Positions 47,417 to 56,953 of a stretch of 64,000 nt of DNA are shown here, piece by piece (position 1 is the stretch's first letter; the number at the start of each line of letters is the position of its first letter). The stretch covers positions 8,801 to 72,800 of the forward strand of contig CAWDWO010000009.1 in NCBI GenBank assembly GCA_963806035.1, written 5' to 3'. The translations under genes were made by a program, and so were the position numbers. The DNA comes from Candidatus Krumholzibacteriota bacterium (lineage in GTDB: Bacteria > Krumholzibacteriota > Krumholzibacteriia > JAJRXK01). The notes below the pieces were generated by a model, which ran no database searches, had not been told where the DNA came from, and saw only the letters and a program-made list of their open reading frames with translations.

Positions 47417-47442
47417 AATTCGACTACCATCAAATCGTCGAA
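47417..47442. promoter_or_regulatory. inverted repeat ATTCGAC-N12-GTCGAAT about 110 nt upstream of the ArsR-family gene
   Basis: Perfect 7-bp arms. A candidate operator in the divergent promoter region. Confidence 0.3.
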
Positions 47443-47549
47443 TCGAAGCCGGGGGCGGCGGGCGAAACGGGTCTCTTCTGGCCCGCTACCAGGCCCGCTG
47501 CCAATGCCCGCTCAATGATAGAAGCGCGCAGCCCGAGGCCAAGCCCGCG

Positions 47550-48128
47550 ATGAACCCCAAGGGCGAAATGCAATTCCTCACCGAGGCCCTGCGGGTCCTC
47601 AACGAGCCCGCACGGCTGAAAATGGTGGGCCTTTTGGCCATGCGCCCGCGCTATGGCGAGGAGCTGGCGGAGATTCTCGAGCTTTCCCCGGCCACGATCT
47701 CGCACCATCTGCGGCGTCTGCGAGAGGGCAAACTCATCCGCTCGGTCAAGGAGCCGCCCTACATTCGCTATGAATTGCTGCCCGAGGTGCTCCCGCGCCT
47801 GGGCCAGCTCCTGGAAAGGGCCGGGGAGTGGGCCGCCGCCTTCGGGCTTCCCAGCGAGGAAGTGCTGACCCAGCAGGCCCTGCGCGGCGTGCTGGACGAG
47901 GAGGGGCGCGTGACCCGGCTTCCCCGGTCGCCGCGCCACCGTACGCTGGTGCTGCGCTGGATCGTCCTGCGCTTTCAGTCGGGGAGGATCTACCCTCAGC
48001 GCGAGGTGCGACGCATCCTGATGGAGGTGTGCCGCGACGAGGAGGACGTGCTGCGGGAACTGGTGGCGCGCGGCTGGCTGCAGCAGAAGGGCGGGGTGAT
48101 GCGCCGCACCGAGGAGGTCCCCGCATGA
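47550..48128 (+). CDS. ArsR/SmtB-family HTH transcriptional regulator with C-terminal DUF2087-like domain
   Basis: The N-terminal ALRVLNEPARLKMVGLL...ELAEILELSPATISHHLRRLRE matches the ArsR winged helix. The start is placed at the ATG at 47550. Confidence 0.7.
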   Translation: MNPKGEMQFLTEALRVLNEPARLKMVGLLAMRPRYGEELAEILELSPATISHHLRRLREGKLIRSVKEPPYIRYELLPEVLPRLGQLLERAGEWAAAFGLPSEEVLTQQALRGVLDEEGRVTRLPRSPRHRTLVLRWIVLRFQSGRIYPQREVRRILMEVCRDEEDVLRELVARGWLQQKGGVMRRTEEVPA

Positions 48129-48544
48129 TCCGGGTCGTTGCGGTGGGAAAGCTCAAGGCGCGCTACTACCGCGAGGCGGTGGCGGAGTACGAACGACGCA
48201 TTCGTCGCTTCGCACGCGTGCAGCTGCTCGAAGTCCCCGATCGCGAGCCGCAGAGCGAGGGCCAGAGCCTGCTGGCGGCGGCCCGGGGAGAACCCCTGGT
48301 GGCGCTGGACGTGCGGGGAGAAGCCTGGGACACGCCCGCATTCGCGCGCTTCTTGAGCCACAACGCCAGCCCGTGCTTTCTGGTGGGCGGGCCGGACGGA
48401 CTGAGCCAGGAGCTGCTGCGCGGTGTCGCCCGGCGCCTCAGCCTCAGCCCTCTCACCCTTCCCCACGAACTGGCCCGCCTCGTCCTCACAGAGCAAATCT
48501 ACCGCGCTCTGACTATCCTGAAAGGACACCCCTACCACCGCTGA
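48125..48544 (+). CDS. rlmH: 23S rRNA (pseudouridine1915-N3)-methyltransferase (SPOUT)
   Basis: MIRVVAVGKLK...YYREAVAEYERRI N-terminus and 139-aa length typical of RlmH. The ATGA overlaps the arsR-family stop. Confidence 0.8.
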   Translation: MIRVVAVGKLKARYYREAVAEYERRIRRFARVQLLEVPDREPQSEGQSLLAAARGEPLVALDVRGEAWDTPAFARFLSHNASPCFLVGGPDGLSQELLRGVARRLSLSPLTLPHELARLVLTEQIYRALTILKGHPYHR

Positions 48545-48600
48545 GCGCGCCCCCCCGCGCCCTATCCTTCAGCCTCAAGCCCTGAAGGCCGGAGATCCCC

Positions 48601-48912
48601 ATGGAGAAGCCCTACCGCTATCACCTCCTTCCCTGCGCGGGACCCCGCTGCGGCGCCAAAACCGGCGAGCGTTTCAAGCGCCAGCTGAAGGAGCTTTTGC
48701 CCGATCGCAAGGCCCTCGGGGTGCGGATCAGCACCACCAGCTGCCAGGGACTCTGCGAGCACGGCCCCAACCTCTGCGTATACCCCGAAGGCGTTGTCTA
48801 CCACCGACTTGGCCCCGAGGATCTGCCACGCATCGTGGACGAGCACATCCGCGGCGGCTGTCCGGTGCGCGAGATCATGGCGCGCCGTGGCGAGGACCCC
48901 AAAGACGAGTGA
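48601..48912 (+). CDS. thioredoxin-like [2Fe-2S] ferredoxin (NuoE-like fold)
   Basis: Cys pattern C12-x4-C17 ... C48-x3-C52 (PCAGPRCG ... TSCQGLCEHG) in a 103-aa protein. Confidence 0.6.
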   Translation: MEKPYRYHLLPCAGPRCGAKTGERFKRQLKELLPDRKALGVRISTTSCQGLCEHGPNLCVYPEGVVYHRLGPEDLPRIVDEHIRGGCPVREIMARRGEDPKDE

Positions 48913-48926
48913 GAAGACGTCCATTT

Positions 48927-48942
48927 GGTCCGGTTTTGGACC
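48927..48942 (+). terminator. weak hairpin GGTCC-ggtttt-GGACC after the ferredoxin gene
   Basis: 5-bp stem with no clear T-run, 15 nt after the stop. Confidence 0.25.
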
Positions 48943-49140
48943 GTTCCTTGCTGCCACGAGGCAGCGCCGGGAATCCGGGGGGATTCCTGGCAACTTGCGC
49001 CATGTTCGGAAGTGCTGGGGCTCGCGCTGCACGATGCGGCCGCACTTCCGCATTCATCCTGCAAGTCTCGCGGAACTCAGCGAGGAATCAGAGTCCGCGG
49101 GCTTTATGGACAGAAACTCTGACAGGGGATCTCGCCAACC

Positions 49141-50832
49141 TTGTTCGATTCAGAATCAAGACCTCACCGCGCCAAGCGGAGGGCCACTTTGGGGGCCAAG
49201 GGAATCTTGCTCGCTCTGGGCGCGCTCCTGCTTTGGGGGCTTTCCGCGGGTTGCCACGATGCCGCGCGCCAGATCGCGCCCAAACCCAAGAAGGTGATCC
49301 ACGACGGAGGCACCTTCCGCCTCGCCCAGGCTTCGCCGCGAAATCTGGATCCGGCGCGGCTGGAGAGCGTTTACGAGAGCACGGTCGTCAACCAGATCTT
49401 CGACGGCCTCGTCGCCTTCGACGAGAACCTCAATACCGTGCCCTCCCTGGCGGAAAGCTGGACGATTTCCCAGGACGGCACCGTCTACACCTTCCACATC
49501 AAACACGGCGTTCACTTTCACGACGGAAGCGAAGTCACCGCCAACGACTTCGCGTATTCGATCACGCGGACCTTCCAACTGCCCGAGGACCAGACCGAAC
49601 TGGCCAGGGAGTACCTCTCGCACATCAAGGGCACCGACGAGTTCGCCAAACGAAAGGTCGATCACATCACGGGCATCGAGGTGCTTTCCCCCTACGAGGT
49701 TCGCATCACTCTCAAGCGCCCCTTCGCCGCGTTCCTCATGGTTCTGGCCATGGACTGCGGTAAGGTGGTCCCCAAGCACTACGTCATGAGTATGGGCACT
49801 GAGGAATTCGGGCGGCATCCGGTCGGCGCCGGTCCCTTCGTGTTCGAGAAGTGGGTGCAGGATGAGGAAATCGTTCTCACCGCCTTCGACGACTACCATC
49901 TGGGCCGCGCGCACCTGGATTCCCTGGTGTTCGAAACGCCCAAGAACGACCGGCGCGATTACGCCACCAACGCCTTCCTGCGCACCCAGCTGGATCTTCT
50001 GGAGGTGCAGCCGGGTCAGGTCGACGATCTGGAGCAGCGCGCGGGAATCAAGCTCACCTCGCGCCAGGAGCTGAGCCTCACCTTCCTGGCCCTGAATCTG
50101 GAAAAGAAACCCTTCGACGACCGCAGGGTCCGCCAGGCCTTCGCCATGGCGGTGGACCGCAAAAACCTCTTCGGCACCCACGATTCCTCGCGCATGGTGC
50201 CCTGCGGCATTCTCCCGCCGGGCATGCCGGGCTATACCCGCATCTCCAAGCTGCTCCCTCACGACCACCATCGCGCGATGGAGCTGCTGGCAGAAGCCGG
50301 CTACCCCGATGGCAAGGGCCTTCCTCCCATCGAGCTCGTCACCGGGGATCAATCCGCGCAGGCCACCGTGTTCTATGCCAAGTTGGCGAGCGAGCTGGCC
50401 GAGGTGGGCTTCAAGGTCACCAACGAGCATCTGAGCTGGCTCGATTTCTTCTCCCGCCTCAAGGCGGGCGACGGCGGTTGTTTCACCCTGAATTGGGTCG
50501 CGGACATCCCCGACCCGGATTCGTTCCTCTATCCGTTATTCCATAGCCACGGCGCCACCAACTACGTGCACTACAAAAACGAGAACGTGGACGAGCTGCT
50601 CGACGCGGGCCGCCGCGCACGTTCCTCGCTCGATCGCCTGCAGGTCTATCGCGAAGCGGAACAGATGATCGTGGAAGATGCACCCATGGTGCCGCTGTTC
50701 CACACCGTGACGATTCTCGCGGCGCGTGACCAGGTCAAAGGTCTCGATCTGACTCCGATGGGAATCGGTAATCTCAACCTCAGGAAGGTCTGGTTCGAGC
50801 CGGTCCAGGTGGCGCAAGGAGCGGGGCAGTGA
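49141..50832 (+). CDS. ABC-type substrate-binding protein, family 5 (peptide/nickel/opine type), lipoprotein
   Basis: Signal peptide plus LSAGC lipobox, and a 563-aa SBP_bac_5-like sequence. The start codon is uncertain. Confidence 0.75.
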   Translation: MFDSESRPHRAKRRATLGAKGILLALGALLLWGLSAGCHDAARQIAPKPKKVIHDGGTFRLAQASPRNLDPARLESVYESTVVNQIFDGLVAFDENLNTVPSLAESWTISQDGTVYTFHIKHGVHFHDGSEVTANDFAYSITRTFQLPEDQTELAREYLSHIKGTDEFAKRKVDHITGIEVLSPYEVRITLKRPFAAFLMVLAMDCGKVVPKHYVMSMGTEEFGRHPVGAGPFVFEKWVQDEEIVLTAFDDYHLGRAHLDSLVFETPKNDRRDYATNAFLRTQLDLLEVQPGQVDDLEQRAGIKLTSRQELSLTFLALNLEKKPFDDRRVRQAFAMAVDRKNLFGTHDSSRMVPCGILPPGMPGYTRISKLLPHDHHRAMELLAEAGYPDGKGLPPIELVTGDQSAQATVFYAKLASELAEVGFKVTNEHLSWLDFFSRLKAGDGGCFTLNWVADIPDPDSFLYPLFHSHGATNYVHYKNENVDELLDAGRRARSSLDRLQVYREAEQMIVEDAPMVPLFHTVTILAARDQVKGLDLTPMGIGNLNLRKVWFEPVQVAQGAGQ

Positions 50833-52931
50833 TCAAGGATATCCGTAAACGATTCGCCTGGGATCGCAGGCAAATGAGGATGCAGACCAGGTTCATGGCC
50901 TACTTTGGCGCCGTGGTCGTAATGCTCATGACCTGCGTGATCCTGCTGATGGAGACGCGGCAATCCAACACCATGCTGCGGCAAACCGAGATTCGCGGCG
51001 CGGCGGTCGCGCACTCGATCGCCTCGGTGGTTCTGCAGAGTCTCTACGAGTACGACTACGTCTATCTGCAACAGGCGGCCGAGACGGCGGCGCGCGACGA
51101 GGGCGTGGCCTACGTGATCATCCTGGACAAGGAAGGCACGGTCGCCGCCTATAGCGGTCACCCCGAACGCGTGGGCCACCCTCCGGTGGATCCCTACAGC
51201 CGGCAGGTGGAGAAGGCCAACGAGCAGGTGATCAACCGCATCCACCGCCGACTCGACGGCGGGGTGGACGAGTCGCTCCTGGACATCGCGGTGCCGGTTC
51301 GCTCGGCGCAGGGCGGAGTGAAGTGGGGAACCATTCGCATCGGACTCTCGCTGCGCGCGATGAGCGCGGAGCTCGCGCGAACCCGCACCCTCTTGGTGGC
51401 TCTGGGATTGGGAGCGATCATGATCGTTCTGATCTCGGTGCGTTTCTTCTCGCGCCAGATCACCCAGCCCCTGGAGCAACTCGCCAGCGCAACCGCGACG
51501 GTGGCCAGCGGGAATCTCGAGCACGCCGTGAACGAGGACATCGTGGGAGAACTGGGAGACCTCGCCCACAGCTTCAACAAGATGACCAACGACTTGAAGC
51601 GCAGCCGCGACGCCATCCGCTACCAGAACCATCATCTGGAGAACATGGTGCAAGAGCGCACCGCGGCGCTGCGCGAGAAGGCGCGCGAGCTGGAGCGCGC
51701 GAACACCGAACTCAAGGAGCTCGACCGTCTCAAGAGCGACTTTCTCAGCAACGTCAGCCACGAGCTCAGGACTCCCCTGACCTCCATCCGCAGCTTCACC
51801 GAGATCCTGCTCGACCGGTCCGTTTCGGTCGAGGACGAGCAGCGGAGAGAGTTCCTGGAGATCATCTCCAGCCAGTCCGAGCGCTTGACCCGCTTGATCA
51901 GTGACCTGCTCGACCTCAGCAAAATCGAAGCGGGAGAGTTCCGCTGTCATCTGCAGAGTCTGGACCTGGAAGACGTGGTCCACCCCGTACTGGAGACCTT
52001 GCAGAGGCTGGCCGAGGAAAACGACATCGAGTTGGTCAACGAAGTCGGCGACGACTCCCCCACGGTCCTGGCGGACTTCGACCGGCTCAGTCAGGTCATC
52101 ACCAACCTGGTCGGCAATTCGCTGAAGTTCACCGATTCGGGCGGCACCATCACCGTCAGCGCGAAGGTTCACGACCACCGTCGCGGCGACTCGTGGAAGA
52201 AAATGGATTTCGCGGGCATGGAGGCCGACGCCCCCGAAGCAAAACAATATCTCATCGTCAGCGTCGAGGACACCGGCTGCGGCATCAAGCCCGAGGATCA
52301 AAAGCGAATCTTCGAGAAATTCGGCCAGGTGGGAAACGTCCTCACCGACAAACCCAAGGGAACCGGGCTCGGACTCACGATTTGCGGGACGATCATCGTG
52401 CACCATGGCGGTGCGCTCTGGGTCGAGAGCGAAGAGGGCAAGGGAAGCCGCTTCTCGTTCTCGCTGCCCGTGGTAACTCACACCTTCGAGACGGAGGATC
52501 CGAATCTCGAGAGTGACGAAGTTCGGGCCGCCGAAGAAGCGCAGAACATCCTGGCCGACGCCGTGCAACGCAGCGCGGTGGGGCCCAGACTTCTGGTGGT
52601 GGACGACGAACCTTCGGTGGTGAGTGCGATTTCACGCTTCCTGGAACCGCGCGGTTACGACAGCGTGGGCTGCTACAGTGGTGACGGCGCCCTGCACATG
52701 GCGCGCGAGATGAAACCCGATGCGATCCTCTTGGACATCCTGCTGCCCGATCGCAACGGTTTCGATGTGTTGAAGGACTTGAAATCCTCCAGGGATACCA
52801 AGGACATCCCCGTCATAGTCGTCTCTGGGCTCGACGACTCGAATACGGCTTACGAATTGGGCGCGGCGGAGTACATTCGCAAGCCGTTCGACATGGTTTC
52901 ACTTTTGGACAACGTGAGGGCCCTAGCATGA
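50829..52931 (+). CDS. hybrid sensor histidine kinase (two TM helices flanking a ~150-aa periplasmic domain, HAMP, HisKA, HATPase, C-terminal receiver)
   Basis: H-box SHELRTPLTSI, N/G boxes, and the C-terminal LLVVDDEPSV...DAILLDILLPDRNGFDV receiver. It overlaps the SBP stop by 4 nt. Confidence 0.8.
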   Translation: MIKDIRKRFAWDRRQMRMQTRFMAYFGAVVVMLMTCVILLMETRQSNTMLRQTEIRGAAVAHSIASVVLQSLYEYDYVYLQQAAETAARDEGVAYVIILDKEGTVAAYSGHPERVGHPPVDPYSRQVEKANEQVINRIHRRLDGGVDESLLDIAVPVRSAQGGVKWGTIRIGLSLRAMSAELARTRTLLVALGLGAIMIVLISVRFFSRQITQPLEQLASATATVASGNLEHAVNEDIVGELGDLAHSFNKMTNDLKRSRDAIRYQNHHLENMVQERTAALREKARELERANTELKELDRLKSDFLSNVSHELRTPLTSIRSFTEILLDRSVSVEDEQRREFLEIISSQSERLTRLISDLLDLSKIEAGEFRCHLQSLDLEDVVHPVLETLQRLAEENDIELVNEVGDDSPTVLADFDRLSQVITNLVGNSLKFTDSGGTITVSAKVHDHRRGDSWKKMDFAGMEADAPEAKQYLIVSVEDTGCGIKPEDQKRIFEKFGQVGNVLTDKPKGTGLGLTICGTIIVHHGGALWVESEEGKGSRFSFSLPVVTHTFETEDPNLESDEVRAAEEAQNILADAVQRSAVGPRLLVVDDEPSVVSAISRFLEPRGYDSVGCYSGDGALHMAREMKPDAILLDILLPDRNGFDVLKDLKSSRDTKDIPVIVVSGLDDSNTAYELGAAEYIRKPFDMVSLLDNVRALA

Positions 52932-53323
52932 GCACCAACCAGGAACCCTACATTCTGGTAGCGGACGATGATGCTCTCGTCTTGAAATCGCTGCAGTTCA
53001 TCTTGCAGGGAGCGGGCTATCGCGTGGTCACGGTGGCTGACGGCGCCGCGGCTTTCGAACAATTGCACATCGAGAAGCCCAGGTTGGCGCTCCTGGACGT
53101 GATGATGCCGCACCTCAACGGGCTCGACCTCTGCCGGCGCATCAAGAACGACGATTCCTTGCGGGACATCACCGTCTTTCTGGTCACCGCCAGGGCCATG
53201 ACCGCCGAGCGCGAGCGCGGTCTCCAGGCGGGCGCCGACGAATACATCACCAAGCCCTTCAGCAATCGCGACATCATCGACAAGGTCGCCGAAGTGCTCT
53301 CTCCCAGCGAGAGCTCCAAGTAG
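52928..53323 (+). CDS. single-domain response regulator (CheY-like receiver)
   Basis: ILVADDDALV...LALLDVMMPHLNGLD...TKPF. Overlaps the kinase stop by 4 nt. Confidence 0.8.
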   Translation: MSTNQEPYILVADDDALVLKSLQFILQGAGYRVVTVADGAAAFEQLHIEKPRLALLDVMMPHLNGLDLCRRIKNDDSLRDITVFLVTARAMTAERERGLQAGADEYITKPFSNRDIIDKVAEVLSPSESSK

Positions 53324-53343
53324 CGCTTCCACCTCGCGCCGGC

Positions 53344-54144
53344 TCAAGCCTCCTCGAGTCCCTCAAGCCCCTCGAGCATCAAATCATCGTGCTCCTCGAC
53401 CTGCTCGGGAAAACTCCGACGCCAGTAGTAGACGGCCGCGTAGAAAAAGGGCGTGTCGCCCAGCGCCATCATGATCTTGAAGACCCAGCCGCTCACGATC
53501 ATCTGCGGGATGCGCACCTGGATGTCCGTCCCCACGAAGAGAAGGCACACCACCAGGGTGGTATCCACCAACTGGCTGGTGATGGTCGAGAAGTTGTTGC
53601 GAATCCACAGGTGCTTGCCCTTGGTGAGGCGGCGCCAAAAGTGGAAGAGCTGGATGTCGATCAGCTGGGCCACCAGATAGGCCACCATGCTCGCGGCGAC
53701 CGCGCGGCTGGTCCGGCCGAAAATCTGATGGAAATAGGTGTCGACCTTCTCCGCGGGAAACTCCTTCCCCGTCACCGCGTCCGCGCCGCTGAGTGTCCGC
53801 AGGGTCGAGTGAAACAGCCCGTTGTCCCCGGCGCGAATTTGGTCCGCGAGCACCACGACCACCACCACGAAGACGCTCGCGGCCAGGCCGGCGACCACCA
53901 CCTGGTTGGCCCTCTTCTTCCCGTAACACTCACTGAGAATGTCGGTGACGAGAAAGGTGATCGGGTAGGGGATGATCCCGGCCGAGAGATAGAAGAAGTT
54001 CTGGATCCCGAAGGGTTCCCAGACGAAGAATTTCTGTACGATGAGATTACAGACGACCAAAGAGGCGATGAAGACGGCACCCAGATAGACGTAAGCCTGC
54101 TCGTAGCGTTCTTCGACCGAATCCAAGCCCGGACGCGCGCTCAC
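53344..54144 (-). CDS. queuosine-precursor transporter (YhhQ/VUT family)
   Basis: 266-aa polytopic protein with the conserved Vut_1 region IIPYPITFLVTDILSECYG. Confidence 0.7.
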   Translation of the reverse strand: MSARPGLDSVEERYEQAYVYLGAVFIASLVVCNLIVQKFFVWEPFGIQNFFYLSAGIIPYPITFLVTDILSECYGKKRANQVVVAGLAASVFVVVVVVLADQIRAGDNGLFHSTLRTLSGADAVTGKEFPAEKVDTYFHQIFGRTSRAVAASMVAYLVAQLIDIQLFHFWRRLTKGKHLWIRNNFSTITSQLVDTTLVVCLLFVGTDIQVRIPQMIVSGWVFKIMMALGDTPFFYAAVYYWRRSFPEQVEEHDDLMLEGLEGLEEA

Positions 54145-54186
54145 GGAAGTACTCCTTCCATGAGCGCGCCAAGGGATCGTACCGAA

Positions 54187-55911
54187 TCAGTCGCCGCCAC
54201 TTGAACCCACTGCGTAGACGGGATCCACGTCCACCGGAATCGCCTTCAACCTGTCCAGCACCTTCTGCATGGCCGGCGTGATGTGCATGTACTTGTCGTG
54301 GAAACTCTGGGCCGCCGCGTGGTCGCCCAGCGCCTGAATCATGAGCAGGTCGTGAGCGAGGTCACGAATTCCCGCGCGGAAGTAGTCGGGCACCGGCCGG
54401 AAATGCCCGTCCTCGGTGATCTCGACCGCGCCGTGCTCGATGAGGTAGTTGAGCTGCATCACCACGCCCTCGCCGTGCGCCGAACCCACGCCGAAGCGCG
54501 CGGCGCGGAAGAAGCCCGCCACCACGGTCCACGGCAGGTCGACCACGAGCTGAGAATCGAGGACGCTCTTGTCGGACAGGGCGTAAAGATTGTAGATCCC
54601 CACCACGTCGGCCTTGGCCTCTTCGAAAGCGGAGTAGAGATCTTTCAGCTCCAGCCGCACCTCCGTCTCGCGGCCATCGACGGTGATCTTTCCCGGTCCC
54701 AGACCGTGCGCCAGCTCGTGGAAGAGGATGAAGTGGAAATAGGAATCGAAATTCAGATGCTCCCGCTCGGCCTGCGGCAAAACGACGGAGGCGATGGGGG
54801 TGAGGACCGCGTCATATTTGGCGCGGATGATGTTCTTCAGCAGCACTTTCTTGCTGCCCTTGGCCTCCCGCACGCGCTCGTCGTTGGGGAGATTGAACGC
54901 GAGAGTCTGCACTCCGGCGCGCGCATCGCCCGCGGTGTAGATTTCGTCGGCGACACGAATCGGCGAATCGCTTCCCCGGTCGAGGTTCTTGTGCTCGTCG
55001 GGAATGGGCAGATTGCGCTCGAGGAAGGGAAGCTCGCCCTTGAACTTGTCCAACGCCTCGCTGTCCTTGGGGTTGGCCACGCACAGGAAGGCCTCAAAGG
55101 AGGCCTTGTATCCGAAGAGTGCGTCCTCGTAGGTCTCGTAGGGACCGATCACGACTTCCAGATCGCCGGCCAGATCCATCCAGTCCATGTCGCTCTGGAA
55201 ATAGTCGTCATCCTGGAAGGCCTTGGCGCGGCTGCGCAGGAACTTGGCCAGTGTGGCATCGGTGGTGAGATCGGCGGCGAGAACGAGTTCCCTCGCCGCC
55301 GCCGCGAGTTGATCGCCGAAAGCCTGGCTGTAGGGAACCGCCACCAGCTTCTTGTCGTGTCGCTCGATGAGAGTGGTGAGACTGCGGAAGGAATCCACCT
55401 CGTCCGGATGGGCCTTCAGCCACGCGTTGAATTCGTCTTTCGTCATGTCTTCGGGATAGAAGCCCGCCCCATCGGGGTGCGGAATCTGATTCACGAAGGG
55501 TTCGAAGTCCTTGAGCCGATCCCAGGGTCCCCGGTTGATGCGATAGTAGTCCTTGAACTCGGCAGCGTGCGGACCGTCGTAAGCCTCGACCCGCTTCTTG
55601 AACTCGGGGTTCTTGCGCCATACCTGGAGATCGAAAATGGAATCGATGTGCTGCGCCGCTTTCACCAGATGATCCAGCGCCGCGCGATCGCCGGCCGAAA
55701 GGTGGGTCAGGTCGGCTCCGAGCTGCAGTTGTACGTATTGGGAACGGCGAACCGCGATGTCATCGACGACTTGCAAGGGCTTTTCCTTCTGTTTCGAGCA
55801 AGCGATCCAGCTCAAAGATAGGCTGAAGAGAAACAAGGCAAACAGCGCGCGACGCACGAACATAAAGGGCCTCCGAACTCTCCACGGGATTGTCGCTTCG
55901 TGAAAAGGCAA
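54187..55911 (-). CDS. M49 (dipeptidyl-peptidase III)-like zinc metallopeptidase, lipoprotein
   Basis: HELAHG zinc motif followed by EEAKAD (the second M49 motif). A probable start at the internal Met at 55863 gives a lipobox WIACSK. Confidence 0.6.
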   Translation of the reverse strand: MPFHEATIPWRVRRPFMFVRRALFALFLFSLSLSWIACSKQKEKPLQVVDDIAVRRSQYVQLQLGADLTHLSAGDRAALDHLVKAAQHIDSIFDLQVWRKNPEFKKRVEAYDGPHAAEFKDYYRINRGPWDRLKDFEPFVNQIPHPDGAGFYPEDMTKDEFNAWLKAHPDEVDSFRSLTTLIERHDKKLVAVPYSQAFGDQLAAAARELVLAADLTTDATLAKFLRSRAKAFQDDDYFQSDMDWMDLAGDLEVVIGPYETYEDALFGYKASFEAFLCVANPKDSEALDKFKGELPFLERNLPIPDEHKNLDRGSDSPIRVADEIYTAGDARAGVQTLAFNLPNDERVREAKGSKKVLLKNIIRAKYDAVLTPIASVVLPQAEREHLNFDSYFHFILFHELAHGLGPGKITVDGRETEVRLELKDLYSAFEEAKADVVGIYNLYALSDKSVLDSQLVVDLPWTVVAGFFRAARFGVGSAHGEGVVMQLNYLIEHGAVEITEDGHFRPVPDYFRAGIRDLAHDLLMIQALGDHAAAQSFHDKYMHITPAMQKVLDRLKAIPVDVDPVYAVGSSGGD

Positions 55912-55968
55912 TCATGACGGCATCGGCTTTTCTTGGCAAGTCAAAGCCTGGGCCGGCATTTGCCGGGT

Positions 55969-56805
55969 TCAGGGGGTTCCGGGGTAGTAAGCGCCGAGAA
56001 TCGCCGCGACGAGGAACGCGTCCACGATGAGGTGAACCAGAAGCACGTAGAGCAGGTTTTCCGATTCTTCGAACATGCTTCCCTGCGTCCAGGCGAAGAG
56101 GTAAACGATGAGAGGGCCGATTCCGGTGAAAGCCATGTCGTAGAGAACACAGGTGTAGAGCACGGCCTGTACGGCGTTCGCGGTCTTGAATCCGAAGAGG
56201 CTGCGCAGGATCGCGAAGGAAGTGTTCACGAAGAAGAGTTCGTCCCAGATTCCCACCGCGTTGATACCCACGATGAGCCGCGTCGTCTGCTCCGCAGTTT
56301 CGCGGGCGGGAAGCGCCCAGTGGCTCGGCATGGAGGGATTCACCCACCAGTAGAACTTCAGCAGGAAATAGGCGAGAGGCACTGAAATGACGAGGTAGAG
56401 GATGTCGACCCAACGGAATCGCCGCGGCCACAGGGCGAAAGAAATCACCGTGGGGTCGCTCTTGCGCAGAATGAGCGCGGGCCCCAGCACCACCGCGGCG
56501 AAGGGCAGCCCCAGCTGGAGGAAGTTACGGTTGCTGAGCCCGGTATTGATGTCGGCGAGGGCGAGGACCACCACACAGCCCAAGAGTACGCCCATCCGGC
56601 GCTTCAAGGCCGGCTCCTCGTCTTTGAGGAGAAGCCCGCCGCAGACGAGGAGGGCCGGCACACCGAGCCAGTAGTTCTGGACCGCGATGCAGAAGATGAT
56701 GGCGGCCACCAGGGCGAGCAGAAGCGCGGCGCGGCGTGGATTGAGGCTCAAGCGGGCCTGTGGATTCGTGGGGCCAGGAGTGGGTCTCATGGGCTCATAG
56801 TTCAC
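55969..56805 (-). CDS. polytopic membrane protein, possibly CPBP-family intramembrane protease-like
   Basis: 278 aa and multi-TM. WDELFF and HLIVD motifs loosely resemble CPBP motifs. Confidence 0.3.
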   Translation of the reverse strand: MNYEPMRPTPGPTNPQARLSLNPRRAALLLALVAAIIFCIAVQNYWLGVPALLVCGGLLLKDEEPALKRRMGVLLGCVVVLALADINTGLSNRNFLQLGLPFAAVVLGPALILRKSDPTVISFALWPRRFRWVDILYLVISVPLAYFLLKFYWWVNPSMPSHWALPARETAEQTTRLIVGINAVGIWDELFFVNTSFAILRSLFGFKTANAVQAVLYTCVLYDMAFTGIGPLIVYLFAWTQGSMFEESENLLYVLLVHLIVDAFLVAAILGAYYPGTP

Positions 56806-56953
56806 GCAAAGGCGCGGTGTGGCAAGCCGCTGGCGTGAAGAAGAGCACCGTCTCCACTTGTCCCTTGATCACCGGACGTCCGTTCACCATCTTGGCGGCA
56901 TGCGAGCCTCGACCCAGCAAGCACCCCTTCCCGTGAGCCCTCTGCGCTGGCGC

